A stretch of DNA of 64,000 nt from Euglena gracilis (Eukaryota). The stretch covers positions 40,231,572 to 40,295,571 of the forward strand of contig CP154954.1 in the NCBI GenBank assembly GCA_039621445.1, in the 5' to 3' direction. A program made the position numbers and the translations under genes. The notes under the pieces are model-generated. The model was not told the DNA's origin, did no database searches, and saw only the letters and a list, made by a program, of their open reading frames with translations. This document shows, one piece after another, positions 12,101 through 25,466 of this stretch (the stretch's first letter is position 1; the number at the start of each line of letters is the position of its first letter).

Positions 12101-15100
12101 TCGGGGCCAGATTGCCTCAATGCCAGGAAATGGGGTGTGCCAAAACGTCCCACCAGCCCCCGGGACCAGGTCAGCTGGGTTCCCCACCCCCCAAAACCCC
12201 ATGAATATCAGAACCACTGCTGCTCAACGCCCCCCAAATAGCAAAATTTTCACAATTTTTGGGTGCTAATCGGGGGGGGGGGGCGCGTGGGGGCGTGATT
12301 TTCGGGGCCAGATTGGCTCAATGCCAGGAAACGGGGTGTGCCAAAACGTCCCACCAGCCCGGACCAGGTCAGCTGGGTTCCCCACCCCCCAAAAACCCCA
12401 TGAATATCAGCAGCACTGCTGCACAACACCCCCCAAATAGCAAAATTTTCAAATTTTTTGGGGGCAAAGGGGGGGGGGGGCGTGGGGGCGTGATTTTCGG
12501 GGCCAGATTGCCTCAATGCCAGGAAATGGGGTGTGCCAAAACGTCCCACCAGCCCCCGGGACCAGGTCAGCTGGGTTCCCCACCCCCCAAAACCCCATGA
12601 ATATCAGAACCACTGCTGCTCAACGCCCCCCAAATAGCAAAATTTTCACAATTTTTGGGTGCTAATAGGGGGGGGGGCGTGGGGGCGTGATTTTCGGGGC
12701 CAGAATAGCTCAATTCTAGGAAATGGGGAGTACCAAAAAGTCCCAACACCCCCCGGGACCAGGAAAGATGAGATCCCCACACCCCAAAACCCCATGAATA
12801 TCAGAACCACTGCTGCTCAACGCCCCCCAAATAGCAAAATTTTCACAATTTTTGGGCGTTAATCGGGGGGGGGGGCGTGGGGGCGTGATTTTCGGGGCCA
12901 GATTGTCTCATTGCCAGGAAATGGGGTGTGCCAAAACGTCCCACCAGCCCCCGGGACCAGGTCAGCTGGGTTCCCCACCCCCCAAAACCCCATGAATATC
13001 AGAACCACTGCTGCTCAACGCCCCCCAAATAGCAAAATTTTCACAATTTTTGGGTGCTAATAGGGGGGGGGGCGTGGGGGCGTGATTTTCGGGGCCAGAT
13101 TGTCTCATTGCCAGGAAATGGGGTGTGCCAACGCCCCCCCAGCAGCCCCCACCAAAAGAAAAAAAAAAAAAAAACACACAAACAAAACAAAAAAAAACAG
13201 CTGGGAAAAAAAATGAACCACCACAACGAATAGCAAAATTTTCACAATTTTGCGTATTTGGGGGGTGGGCGTGTGCTGACATTCATGGGGTGGGGTGGGG
13301 CCAGCTGACCCCCCCGGGGGTGTGCTTTTCCCCACCCCCCCATTGAGGCAATCTGGCCCCAAAAACGCCCCCCCCCCCAAATAGCAAAATTTCTCACAAT
13401 TTTGCTAGGGGGGGGGCGTGGGGCGTACATGGTTTAGGGGGGGGGTGGTCATGCCCGCAGGGGGGGGGTCCCCACCCCCCCCCCCCATCAGGGGTTCCCC
13501 ACCCCCAAAAAACCCCCAAAAAGCAACCCTGGCGCTTCGCGCCAAAATGCAAAATTTTTCACAATTTTTGGGCCCAATGCCATGGGGGGGTGTGGGGGGG
13601 GCAAAAATTTTCGGGCGCTTGGCCGGGCCAAAACGGCCCCCCAGCGACCAGGTGGGTTCCCCACCCCCCCCCCCCCCCCTGTGCCACCATCACCACCCCC
13701 CCCCAAATAGCAAAATTTTCACAATTTTTGGGGGCGTTGAGCAGCGGGGGGGGGGGGGGTGGGGCGTGATTTTCGGGGCAGGTGGGACTTTTGCCACTGT
13801 GCCAAAACGTCCACCAGCCCCCGGGACCAGGTCAGCTGGGTTCCCCACCCCCCAAAACCCCATGAATATCAGAACCACTGCTGCTCAACGCCCCCCAAAT
13901 AGCAAAATTTTCACAATTTTTGGGTGCTAATAGGGGGGGGGGGGGGGGGGGGGGGGATTTTTGGGGCCAGATTGCCTCAATGCCAGGAAATGGGGGGTGC
14001 CAAAACGTCCCACCAGCCCCCGGGACCAGGTCAGCTGGGTTCCCCACCCCCAAAAACCCATGAATGTCAGCACCACTGCTGCTCAACCCCCCCAAAAAAA
14101 CAAAATTTTCACAATTTTGGGGTGTTAACGGGGGGGGGGGGGGCGTGGGGGCGTGATTTTCGGGGCCAGATTGCCTCAATGCCAGGAAATGGGGTGTGCC
14201 AAAACGTCCCACCAGCCCCCGGGACCAGGTCAGCTGGGTTCCCCACCCCCCAAAACCCCATGAATATCAGAACCACTGCTGCTCAACCCCCCCACAATAG
14301 AAAATTTTTAAAATTTTTGGGTGTTTAATGGGGGGGGGGGGGGGGCGTGGGGGCGTGATTTTCGGGGCCAGATTGCTCATGCCAGGAAATGGGGTGTGCC
14401 AAAACGTCCCACCAGCCCCCGGGAGCGGGGCAGCTGGGTTCCCCACACCCCAAAACCCCATGAATGTCAGCACCACTGCTGCTCAACGCCCCCCAAATAG
14501 CAAAATTTTCACAATTTTTGGGGGTTTATTCGGGGGGGGGGGGGCGTGGGGGCGTGATTTTCGGGGCCAGATTGGCTCAATGCCAGGAAATGGGGTGTGC
14601 CAAAACGTCCCACCAGCCCCCGGGACCAGGTCAGCTGGGTTCCCCACCCCCCAAAACCCCATGAATATCAGAACCACTGCTGCTCAACGCCCCCCAAATA
14701 GCAAAATTTTCACAATTTTTGGGTGTTAATCGGGGGGGGGGGGGCGTGGGGGCGTGATTTTCGGGGCCAGATTGGCTCAATGCCAGGAAATGGGGTGTGC
14801 CAAAACGTCCCACCAGCCCCCGGGACCAGGTCAGCTGGGTTCCCCACCCCCCAAAACCCCATGAATATCAGAACCACTGCTGCTCAACCCCCCCAAATAG
14901 CAAAATTTTCACATTTTTTTGGGTGTTAATCGGGGGGGGGGGGGGGGGGGGTGGGGGCGTGATTTTCGGGGCCAGATTGCCTCAATGCCAGGAAATGGGG
15001 TGTGCCAAAACGTCCCACCAGCCCCCGGGACCAGGTCAGCTGGGTTCCCCACCCCCCAAAACCCCATGAATATCAGAACCACTGCTGCTCAACGCCCCCC

Positions 15101-18100
15101 CAAATAGCAAAATTTTCACAATTTTTGGGCGTTAATCGGGGGGGGGGGGCGTGGGGGCGTGATTTTCGGGGCCAGATTGGCTCAATGCCAGGAAATGGGG
15201 TGTGCCAAAACGTCCCACCAGCCCCCGGGACCAGGTCAGCTGGGTTCCCCACCCCCCAAAACCCCATGAATGTCAGCACCACTGCTGCTCAACACCCCCA
15301 AATAGCAAAATTTTCACAATTTTTGGGCGTTGATCGGGGGGGGGGGGCGTGGGGGCGTGATTTTCGGGGCCAGATTGGCTCAATGCCAGGAAATGGGGTG
15401 TGCCAAAACGTCCCACCAGCCCCCGGGACCAGGTCAGCTGGGTTCCCCACCCCCCAAAACCCCATGAATATCAGCACCACTGCTGCTCAACGCCCCCCAA
15501 ATAGCAAAATTTTCACAATTTTTGGGTGTTAATCGGGGGGGGGGGGGAGGGCGTTGGGGCGTGATTTTCGGGGCCAGATTGCCTCAATGCCAGGAAATGG
15601 GGTGTGCCAAAACGTCCCACCAGCCCCCGGGACCAGGTCAGCTGGGTTCCCCACCCCCCAAAACCCCATGAATGTCAGCACCACTGCTGCTCAACGCCCC
15701 CCAAATAGCAAAATTTTCACAATTTTGGGGCGTTAATCGGGGGGGGGGGGCGTGGGGGCGTGATTTTCGGGGCCAGATTGGCTCAATGCCAGGAAATGGG
15801 GTGTGCCAAAACGTCCCACCAGCCCCCGGGACCAGGTCAGCTGGGTTCCCCACCCCCCAAAACCCCATGAATATCAGCACCACTGCTGCTCAACGCCCCC
15901 CAAATAGCAAAATTTTCACAATTTTTGGGTGCTAATCGGGGGGGGGGGGCGTGGGGGCGTGATTTTCGGGGCCAGATTGCCTCAATGCCAGGAAATGGGG
16001 TGTGCCAAAACGTCCCACCAGCCCCCGGGACCAGGTCAGCTGGGTTCCCCACCCCCCAAAACCCCATGAATATCAGCACCACTGCTGCTCAACGCCCCCC
16101 AAATAGCAAAATTTTCACAATTTTTGGGTGCTAATAGGGGGGGCGGCGTGGGGGCGTGATTTTCGGGGCCAGATTGGCTCAATGCCAGGAAATGGGGTGT
16201 GCCAAAACGTCCCACCAGCCCCCGGGACCAGGTCAGCTGGGTTCCCCACCCCCCAAAACCCCATGAATATCAGAACCACTGCTGCTCAACGCCCCCCAAA
16301 TAGCAAATTTTTCACATTTTTTGGGTGCTAATAGGGGGGGGGGGGCGTGGGGGCGTGATTTTCGGGGCCAGATTGCCTCAATGCCAGGAAATGGGGTGTG
16401 CCAAAACGTCCCACCAGCCCCCGGGACCAGGTCAGCTGGGTTCCCCACCCCCCAAAACCCCATGAATATCAGCACCACTGCTGCTCAACGCCCCCCCAAA
16501 TAGCAAAATTTTCACAATTTTGGGGCGTTAATCGGGGGGGGGGGGGGCGGGGGGGCGTGATTTTCGGGGCCAGATTGCCTCAATGCCAGGAAATGGGGTG
16601 TGCCAAAACGTCCCACCAGCCCCCGGGACCAGGTCAGCTGGGTTCCCCACCCCCCAAAACCCCATGAATATCAGAACCACTGCTGCTCAACGACCCCCAA
16701 ATAGCAAAATTTTCACAATTTTTGGGCGTTAATCGGGGGGGGGGGGGGCGTGGGGGCGTGATTTTCGGGGCCAGATTGCCTCAATGCCAGGAAATGGGGT
16801 GTGCCAAAACGTCCCACCAGCCCCCGGGACCAGGTCAGCTGGGTTCCCCACCCCCCAAAACCCCATGAATATCAGAACCACTGCTGCTCAACGCCCCCCA
16901 AATAGCAAAATTTTCACAATTTTTGGGTGCTAATAGGGGGGGGGGGGCGTGGGGGCGTGATTTTCGGGGCCAGATTGCCTCAATGCCAGGAAATGGGGTG
17001 TACCAAAACGTCCCACCAGCCCCCGGGACCAGGTCAGCTGGGTTCCCCACCCCCCAAAACCCCATGAATATCAGAACCACTGCTGCTCAACACCCCCCAA
17101 ATAGCAAAATTTTCACAATTTTTGGGTGCTAATAGGGGGGGGGGGGGGGGGGGGGGTGATTTTCGGGGCCAGATTGCCTCAATGCCAGGAAATGGGGTGT
17201 GCCAAAACGTCCCACCAGCCCCCGGGACCAGGTCAGCTGGGTTCCCCACCCCCCAAAACCCCATGAATATCAGAACCACTGCTGCTCAACGCCCCCCCAA
17301 ATAGCAAAATTTTCACAATTTTTGGATGCTAATAGGGGGGGGGGGCGTGGGGGCGTGATTTTCGGGGCCAGATTGGCTCAATGCCAGGAAATGGGGTGTA
17401 CCAAAACGTCCCACCAGCCCCCGGGACCAGGTCAGCTGGGTTCCCCACCCCCCAAAACCCCATGAATATCAGAACCACTCGGGGGGGGGGGGCGTGGGGG
17501 CGTGGGGGCGTGATTTTCGGGGCCAGATTGCCTCAATGCCAGGAAATGGGGTGTGCCAAAACGTCCCACCAGCCCCCGGGACCAGGTCAGCTGGGTTCCC
17601 CACCCCCCAAAACCCCATGAATATCAGAACCACTGCTGCTCAACCCCCCCAAATAGCAAAATTTTCACATTTTTTTGGGTGTTAATCGGGGGGGGGGGGA
17701 GGGGGGCGTGATTTTCGGGGCCAGATTGCCTCAATGCCAGGAAATGTGGTGTGCCAAAGAGCGCCACCAGCCCCCGGGACCAGGTCAGCTGGGTTCCCCA
17801 CCCCCCAAAACCCCATGAATATCAGAACCACTGCTGCTCAACACCCCCAAGTAATAGGGGGGGGGGGGCGTGGGGGCGTGATTTTCGGGGCCAGATTGCC
17901 TCAATGCCAGGAAATGGGGTGTGCCAAAACGTCCCACCAGCCCCCGGGACCAGGTCAGCTGGGTTCCCCACCCCCCAAAACCCCATGAATATCAGAACCA
18001 CTGCTGCTCAACGCCCCCCAAATAGCAAAATTTTCACAATTTTTGGGTGCTAATAGGGGGGGGGGGGGGGGGGGCGTGATTTTCGGGGCCAGATTGCCTC

Positions 18101-21100
18101 AATGCCAGGAAATGGGGTGTGCCAAAACGTCCCACCAGCCCCCGGGACCAGGTCAGCTGGGTTCCCCACCCCCCAAAACCCCATGAATATCAGAACCACT
18201 GCTGCTCAACACCCCCAAATAACAAAATTTTCACAATTTTTTGGTTGTAAACGGGGGGGGGGGGGGGGCGCGTGGGGGCGTGATTTTCGGGGCCAGATTG
18301 CCTCAATGCCAGGAAATGGGGTGTGCCAAAACGTCCCACCAGCCCCCGGGACCAGGTCAGCTGGGTTCCCCACCCCCCAAAACCCCATGAATATCAGAAC
18401 CACTGCTGCTCAACACCCCCAAGTAATAGGGGGGGGGGGGCGTGGAGGCGTGATTTTTGGGGCCAGATTGGCTCAATGCCAGGAAATGGGGTGTGCCAAA
18501 ACGTCCCACCAGCCCCCGGGACCAGGTCAGCTGGGTTCCCCACCCCCCAAAACCCCATGAATATCAGAACCACTGCTGCTCAACGCCCCCCAAATAGCAA
18601 AATTTTCACAATTTTTGGGTGCTAATAGGGGGGGGGGCGTGGGGGCGTGATTTTCGGGTCCAGATTGCCTCAATGCCAGGAAATGGGGTGTGCCAAAACG
18701 TCCCACCAGCCCCCGGGACCAGGTCAGCTGGGTTCCCCACCCCCCAAAACCCCATGAATATCAGCACCACTGCTGCTCAACACCCCCCAAATAGCAAAAT
18801 TTTCACAATTTTTGGGCGTTGATCGGGGGGGGGGGGGGCGCGTGGGGGCGTGATTTTCGGGGCCAGATTGCCTCAATGCCAGGAAATGGGGTGTGCCAAA
18901 ACGTCCCACCAGCCCCCGGGACCAGGTCAGCTGGGTTCCCCACCCCCAAAGACCCCACTGTTTCGTAAGTGAGGAAACAGACCTTGGCCTGAAAATCACA
19001 CCCCGGTGCCCCGGTTAACAGTTGAAAATTGTCAAAATTTTGCAATTCAAGGTGTTGCGAGCCCCCCCCCCCCCAGGGCTGGTATTTTGGGCGTTTTGCA
19101 TCATTTTTTTTGGCCATTTTTGGGGAAAGTGGTTGGGGGTGACCCCCCTCCCCCCCGGTCTTAAAAAAAAAACCCCTGCCTGGCCTGTGTGCGTGTGCGC
19201 TTTCCGCTTCAGCAAGTTTTTCTAGCAGTGGATTCCAACCACTCAGAATTTCTCTCTGGGTGTGAATTCATACTTGTTCATTGTGCATGGTTTTTGCGTG
19301 CTTTTTTTGGACGCACATTGTTTTTATTGCAGGGATTTTTGAACAACTTTGGCTGATGTTGGTGCACAGTGCCAAAGGAAATATTGTCCGGGTGAGACCC
19401 CCAGACCCCCCAGAGAGGGGGAGGGTCTAGCTCTGGCTGGTGGCTTTATCCGGTGTCTTCGCAAAATGCCGGTGGACCCCTGGGGGCCTTGAGCAGAAGC
19501 CTGCCTGGAACCCCCCTCAAGGGGAGCCAGCCAGCGCTTCGTTGATTTATGAGAAGTCTTTTCTGGGCAGCGGGCGAGACACCCCAGGCTGCTCACTGCC
19601 CCCCCTCCCCCAATCCCCCCCCCCTCATTGGTGTGCAGGGTGAGGAAGCTGCGCCCCAGACCAGACTTCGCCGCCGGAGCACCGGGACGGCGCGGCGGGC
19701 CGGCAGTGCGGCGGGGAAGGAGGCCAGCGCCGCCGCGGCGGTCTGCCTGGCCACCGCTTTGGGTGGTGCGGATGGTTTCGCACCCCAACCCACAACCCCC
19801 CCCCCCACAAATGCCGGTCCCACCACCACTGCTTGCCACCCCCCGGGATGAACGTGGATGACAGGCACTGTACGTCCGATTCGGCGCTTGCTGTTGCATT
19901 TTGTGAGGGCGGCTGAAAAAACGTGCAAAACCGTGGCCGGCAGTGCACGACAGGCCCCGTGGCACAGAATTGTGCCACAGGCCTAGGCAAATGCAGAGGG
20001 CAATGTTTTTGGCTGCCCGTTGTATTCTCCCCCCGGAACCGCAGAGCACGGGGTCCCGCCGGCCCATGTGCGGCCGCCACCAGGCACATGATGACCCCGC
20101 CAGGCACCTATAGTCGGAGGCCAGCAGGGGACGGGAAAGGGGTTCAGTGAGAACCGGTGTGATGGTCGCTCATGGCCAGGTCGGTGCTTTGGCCATTTGG
20201 GCCCCCCTTGCCTTTGCCGCCATCCTTCGACTGCCCTCGACCTCTTTCCTCCATAGGCCGCACAAGCCGACTAGGCCTCTTTTTTTTTGCTGTCTTGCTG
20301 CCCCTTTGCTTTGCTGCTGCAGCTCGCTGGGGCTGTCTAATGTGCTCCCCCATTGTGCTTCGCCTGCTTTGCTTGGAACTGTGCTCCTGCCATCTGCTTG
20401 CGACCTCTGCCCTGGGCCTGTTGTGGTCCTGCCCTGTTTCTTGGACCAATCGGGTCCGTGGCTGCACACCTGCAATGGCCAGCAGGCCTTCTGCCACCAC
20501 CTGCGTGAGGTTTCGGGCTGGACTATAGGCGCCTGGCCGTTGCGCGTGTCCTGATCCCACTGACTCATATGCCCCATGGGGTGCTGATGCTTGGTGGCGG
20601 CCAGCACTGGGCCGGGGCAAACCCAGAACGCTGCCGCTCCCAGAAACCGCCTCTGGCCCCAACCGGAGAAAGCCCCAACCCCCCCCCCCCAGTCTGGGAC
20701 GGGCCACCCCAGACACGGAAACGCACACACGCAGGGATGGAAAGGTCGAGTGTTTTGGCTTAATGAGGTTTAATAAGATGGCCATTCCAGTTGCTGAGGT
20801 TGGGTTTGGCGTGGTTGCCAGATGGCAGCTGCGGCTGCCAGGAGCGGTGGCGGCGGCGGCAGAGGCGGGCGGCAGCACAAGTGCGGGTGCTGGGGGCAGA
20901 GGTGTGCTCCTCTCTGCCATTTGCTGCATTTGCCCTGGCGTAGTTGTAGTAGACGGGAGTTGGGGGACAATTTTTTGGTGGCAGGGAAGGAGGGACACAG
21001 TGACACACCAACCCCCCAAATGGAGCGCCAAAGGTTCAACCCGTTCTTGTAAAGTCTTGTGGGACATTCTGTTTGAGTTGCTGGACACCATTGCTTCACC

Positions 21101-21909
21101 GCTTTGTTTTGTTTTTCCGGCAAGGTTCACGGCAAGCATTTTCATATTTCCATTCCCTCAAGCATGCAATCCCTCCGAATTTATGGGAGAATTTTTTCCA
21201 CATTTTGGGTGCGGTTTATTTGGCAACCGAAAATGTGGTGTTCCCCCGTGACCCGAACCACCCCCTGTGCATGTGACGCTTCTTTCCGCACCTTCTGCCG
21301 CACCTTCTGCAGATTCAAGTGCAAGAAATGACAATGCATTGAGATTGAGCAACTATTATGCTTTGGATGGAACCTGATTTTGAAACGACTTGGAAGATGA
21401 TGATGAAGGTTTGGATGATGGATGATAATGAAGGTGATGTCTCTCTAAAAATGACAGTATCAAAAGTGTATTTGATTCAGCAACGCAAAGCACGAGGTTT
21501 GTCGAAAATTGAAAACAACAGCCAATTTTGATTGTAACTGGTTTTTTGAACCCCATTTTATTTTGGCCAATCAACGGGAACCAAAATCTTGTGAAATGTG
21601 ACACAAAGCTGTTGAAACAGCCCTCGGTGGGGACAATTGGATTGACATTTGATATTGATTTTGATATTGGCAACCCGCTTTTCTGGACATTGACGCAATC
21701 TGGCCCCGAAAATTATTGCCCCCATGCCTCGATTTAACAGCCAAAAATTGTCAGAATTTTTGCAATTCGGGGGGTAGAGCGGCTGTATTCCCCCCTCCCC
21801 ATATGGCAAAATTTTGAATTTTTTTGTGCATCAGTCGGGTCTTTGCTAAAACTTGCCACCTGCCCCCGGGACCAGGTCAGCTGGGTTCCCCACCCCCAAA
21901 AACTCCCAA

Positions 21910-23420
21910 GAATTTTGTCTGGTTGTCCCTCCCCACACCTCTTGGCATTCAGGTGCTCTCCAAGGAGAAGGAGGAGGAAAATGAAGGAACAAGCTGAATG
22001 AAAAAGAAGGAGGAAGAGGAAGAAGAGGGAAGAAGAAAAAGGAAGAAGGAAGGGGAAAAAGAAGAAGGAGCAAGAAGAAGAAAAAGAAGAAGGAAAAAAA
22101 AAAGAAGAAGGAAGCAGGCGATGGAATACGAAGAAGGAAGGAGAAGAAAGAAGGAGTTGCAGAAGTTGAAGGTAGAAGGAATGATCAGAGAAGAAGGGAG
22201 ACAATGGAAGAGGAAGGTGGCCATTGCCAGCCCAACACCCACCTCCTCTCTTCCAGCCCAGTGCCCCGCACTACCACAAAATAGCTTGTGGTTGACGTTT
22301 TTTTTGTGAATTGGTCGCGTTGTTGTTTCCCCCACGTGGCTATGCAAAATAGCACCAGAACAAAGCTGAGTGTGTTTTTTTAAAGGAAGCTTGCATCCAC
22401 GCACGCGCGCGCGCACACACACACACATTCACACACAGGCACACACACACACACACGCACACAGCACACACACGCACTCACACACACACACGCACGCACA
22501 CACACGCACACGCACACGCACACGCACACGCACACGCACACACGCACGCACCGAGGGGGCAGCGAACACAGCGCATGCAGAGCAGGCAACATAGTTTGTT
22601 GTGGAGTTTGCATCGTTTGTGTGAGCTGGGGGCACTGACGGGAGGCAGCGGCGGCCAGGCGGCGCAGGAGCGGGGGCAAGCGAAGGAGCGGGGGCGGGCC
22701 ATCGAGCCATGGCCAGCCCCGATATCCGCCTCCCCCTGCCAGACCAGTGCCCCCTGCTATCACAGAACAGGTTGTGGTCAACATTTTTTTTGTGAATTGC
22801 ATTGCATTCCCCCCAGGTAGCAAAGCTGAGAATATTTTTTTGAGAATGCTTCCGCACACGCGCGCACACACGCACACACCACACACGAGTGAATGCGGGC
22901 ACGCATGCATGCGCGCACACATATGCATATGCATGCACAGAAGGTGTGTGGAACACATGCTTGCATCACATGCAGAGTGGACAACATAGTCTGTGGTGGT
23001 GTTTGAATTTGATTTGGACATGTTTGTGTGAGCAGGGGGACTGAAGGGAGGCAGCAGGCCAGGCAGCAGGAGCGGGGGCGCACTGTGCGGGCATGCTTCC
23101 CCCATCTCCACCTGCCCGCCAGTCCGCTCGCTGCCAGGTGTGTGCTGCTGCCTCAGCAAGAAGGGGGGCTGGGTGTGTGCAACTGTGCGTATTGCATTTC
23201 AGCAGAAAGGAACCGACAATGATGCCAAGAAAAATATGCGGATATGCATAGCGGATTGCCAGGTTGCCCATTTTTCAAATCAGAAATGTTGTGCCCTGGA
23301 CACTCTTTCGTTTTGTTTTTTTTTGCTGGCTTTTGGATTTTGTTGGTGTTATCAGCTTGTGGACAATGAATGGCAAAGATTGCAAGGCACAGCCGTGTTC
23401 CTGAGGCCAAAGATGATTTT
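21910..23420 (+). repeat. Dispersed composite repeat family X: GA-rich tract, CA microsatellite and conserved GC-rich core
   Basis: Shared blocks TGGTTGTCCCTCCCCA..GGCATTCAGG, GCCAGCCCAACACCCACCTCC and GGGAGGCAGCGGCGGCCAGGCGGCGCAGGAGCGGGGGCAAGCGAAGGAGCGGGGG are also found at ~29.1-30.2, 33.0-33.5, 37.3-38.4 and 39.0-39.6 kb. Confidence 0.85.
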
Positions 23421-24230
23421 TGTCATTTTCGGATTTTTCACCCAAGAAATTCCATATTTCCAGAATCAGCATGTTCCCAAAATGACAAAAGGCAAGCTTT
23501 TGGACTTTTCTTTTTGGAAAGGATGTGAAAAATGGCTCAAAGCTTGCGCCCATGTTGCAAAACGACCAAATTTGTGAAATTTTCCCAAGTCCCCTCCAGT
23601 ACATTCCCGACATCAATTTTTCCTCGGTTTCTCAAGGGCCTCCAACATCAATCCTCCCCCCCTGTGCACTGCACAGAAGCTGGTCTGTGTGCAGACGGGT
23701 CTTTGTGTCACCGGATGGCAGGGTGACAGGCATGTGGCTATTTGCTGATGTTTTGGTTTCATTGCTTGGCAGTTGGAAGTGCAGGAGTGAACTTTCTGAA
23801 CACCCACCCACCAGCACCTGGGAGAAAATGACCCAAAGTCAATGGGTTGGTAGCCCAAATCGGGGGGGGGGGGAGGTCTGGCGGGTCGAAAAACGCTCAT
23901 TTTCGGCCCAAAAACAGTTTTTCTGGGTCCGGGAGGCCAAAAAACATCGTTTTGGGCCAAAAAAATTCGGTTTTTATCGCTTTTTTTTGACCCGAAAATG
24001 GCCCAAGGGGATCCATCCACCTAGCAGCCTTTTTTTTTAAACAGATTCATGTTCTTGTCCATCCAGCTTTTCGACTTGGTGGATGGAACAGGTTTTTGGT
24101 ATTGCAGTTCACTCCACAGCCGAAAGCCTGTGGGACATTTTTGCTCATTTGGTGCTGAAGGCCCCAAATATGTGCATTATCTTTTCTGGTTTGCTTGCCA
24201 TTCGTTGATATCTGACGCTCTGGTTGGCGC

Positions 24231-24571
24231 CAGGTTGTTTTTTTACCAACCCCGGGGGGGGAGTGGGGGTCCGGAGTGCCTGTGAGTGCCTGCCCAGGCA
24301 GGCACCCCCCCCCATGCTCCTGGGGGGGTCAGATTCCGGCCTGTGCCCAGCACCATTCCTTTGAAAATAGGCCATTTTTGGCTCCCCGGCGCCTTGGTGC
24401 CGGGTCTGTGCTAGGGCATTTGGGCCATGTGCCCTACCCCCCCCCCCACCCCACCCCCCCCCACCCCCCCCCCACCTGGGGGGGTTGGATCAGGAGTGCC
24501 TCGGAGTACCTGCCCAGGCAGGCACCCCCCCCCCCTGGGGTGGGGTCGGCACCCGACTAAAATACGGCCTG
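24231..24571. mobile_element. hAT-like MITE
   Basis: CAGGTTG...CGGCCTG termini; 8-bp TSD GTTGGCGC / GTTGGCAC; inverted relative of 31166-31453. Confidence 0.8.
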
Positions 24572-25466
24572 GTTGGCACAGGAGGAGTTCTTTTTTGGAA
24601 TAAATATTACTTTTTATTGAAGTATATCATTTGATTATAATGCCACTCCTGCTCCTGAGGGGGGGGTTCTGCCAAAATGGCATTCATGTGGCCAGCCGGT
24701 CATGAAGGGTTTTCCGCTTGCCAACCGCCATGGTGGGTTCCCCACCCCCCTGCACCAGCGCCATGGACACTGCTCCCGTTCCTGTTCCACCGTCCCACTT
24801 TTTCAGGCTGCGCGACGCTCGGCAACCCCCAGCCCATCACCTGCAGAGCTGGCGATCCCTCCATGCCAGGGATCCAGTTCGGTTGGGTGTGTTTTTCGAG
24901 CGGTTCGGAGGGGTTGGCATGAAGGACCGGCGGGCGGCAAAAAAAATTTGGCAAAAGTGGCGTGGAAGAAATGGGCGTGCGAAATCCGGCCAGGCATTTC
25001 TTCCCATTTTTGGAGGAAGCCGCCAAATTTTTCCATTTTTTAAGAGTTTTTTTTTTTGAGCACTATCCTCCCCCACGCCCGATATTCCCTCCCAGCACCC
25101 CGATAACACACAAAAACGGCAAAGGTAACCGTTTTCATAACCCCCCCCAAAATCCTAATTTGGCTTCCTCCAATTTTTTCCCCCAAGTTTTCTTTGAGCA
25201 CCAACCCCCCCACCCCTTGTACTCCCTCCCAGCACCCCCAATTTAACACGTATAATTTCATAATTTCATAATTTCATTATAAACATATATACAATTATAT
25301 AGTTTCAGCCTGGGGCTTTTTTTGCAATTTTTTGCCAGGGTGCCAATGGGCCCACCTACTGCCACCACCAGACATGTGCTGTCCCTGCCAGGCATTCCTG
25401 ACCATTTGGACCAAGGTGGCTGGACCATTTAGTTGTACCTGTAGGTAGGCGGGTGGCAAGTCCGGC

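Larger units (their letters stand above)
3610..18955 (+). repeat. Tandem satellite, ~200-bp monomer, roughly 75 copies, two subfamilies (A ~3610-9100; B ~9110-18955)
   Basis: The core CCCCGGGACCAGGTCAGCTGGGTTCCCCACCCC and CAGATTGCCTCAATGCCAGGAA recur every ~200 bp. Type A has GGAATTGGGGGGTGCCAAAACGTGCG and CACAATAACTGAAACC. Type B has GGAAATGGGGTGTGCCAAAACGTCCC and CATGAATATCAG. Confidence 0.97.

Noticed and set aside
3610-18955. Repetitive protein-coding gene (MPGNGVCQNVPPAPGTRSAG ORFs)
   Set aside because: Monomer length varies freely through G-run changes, frames are not maintained and stops recur.
20144-21145. 333-aa minus-strand ORF
   Set aside because: No recognisable domain; GC-rich, low-complexity sequence stays open by chance.
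21960-22220. Lys/Glu/Arg-rich ORFs from GA tracts (also at 29.2 and 37.5 kb)
   Set aside because: Purine simple repeat; length and frame are not conserved between copies.
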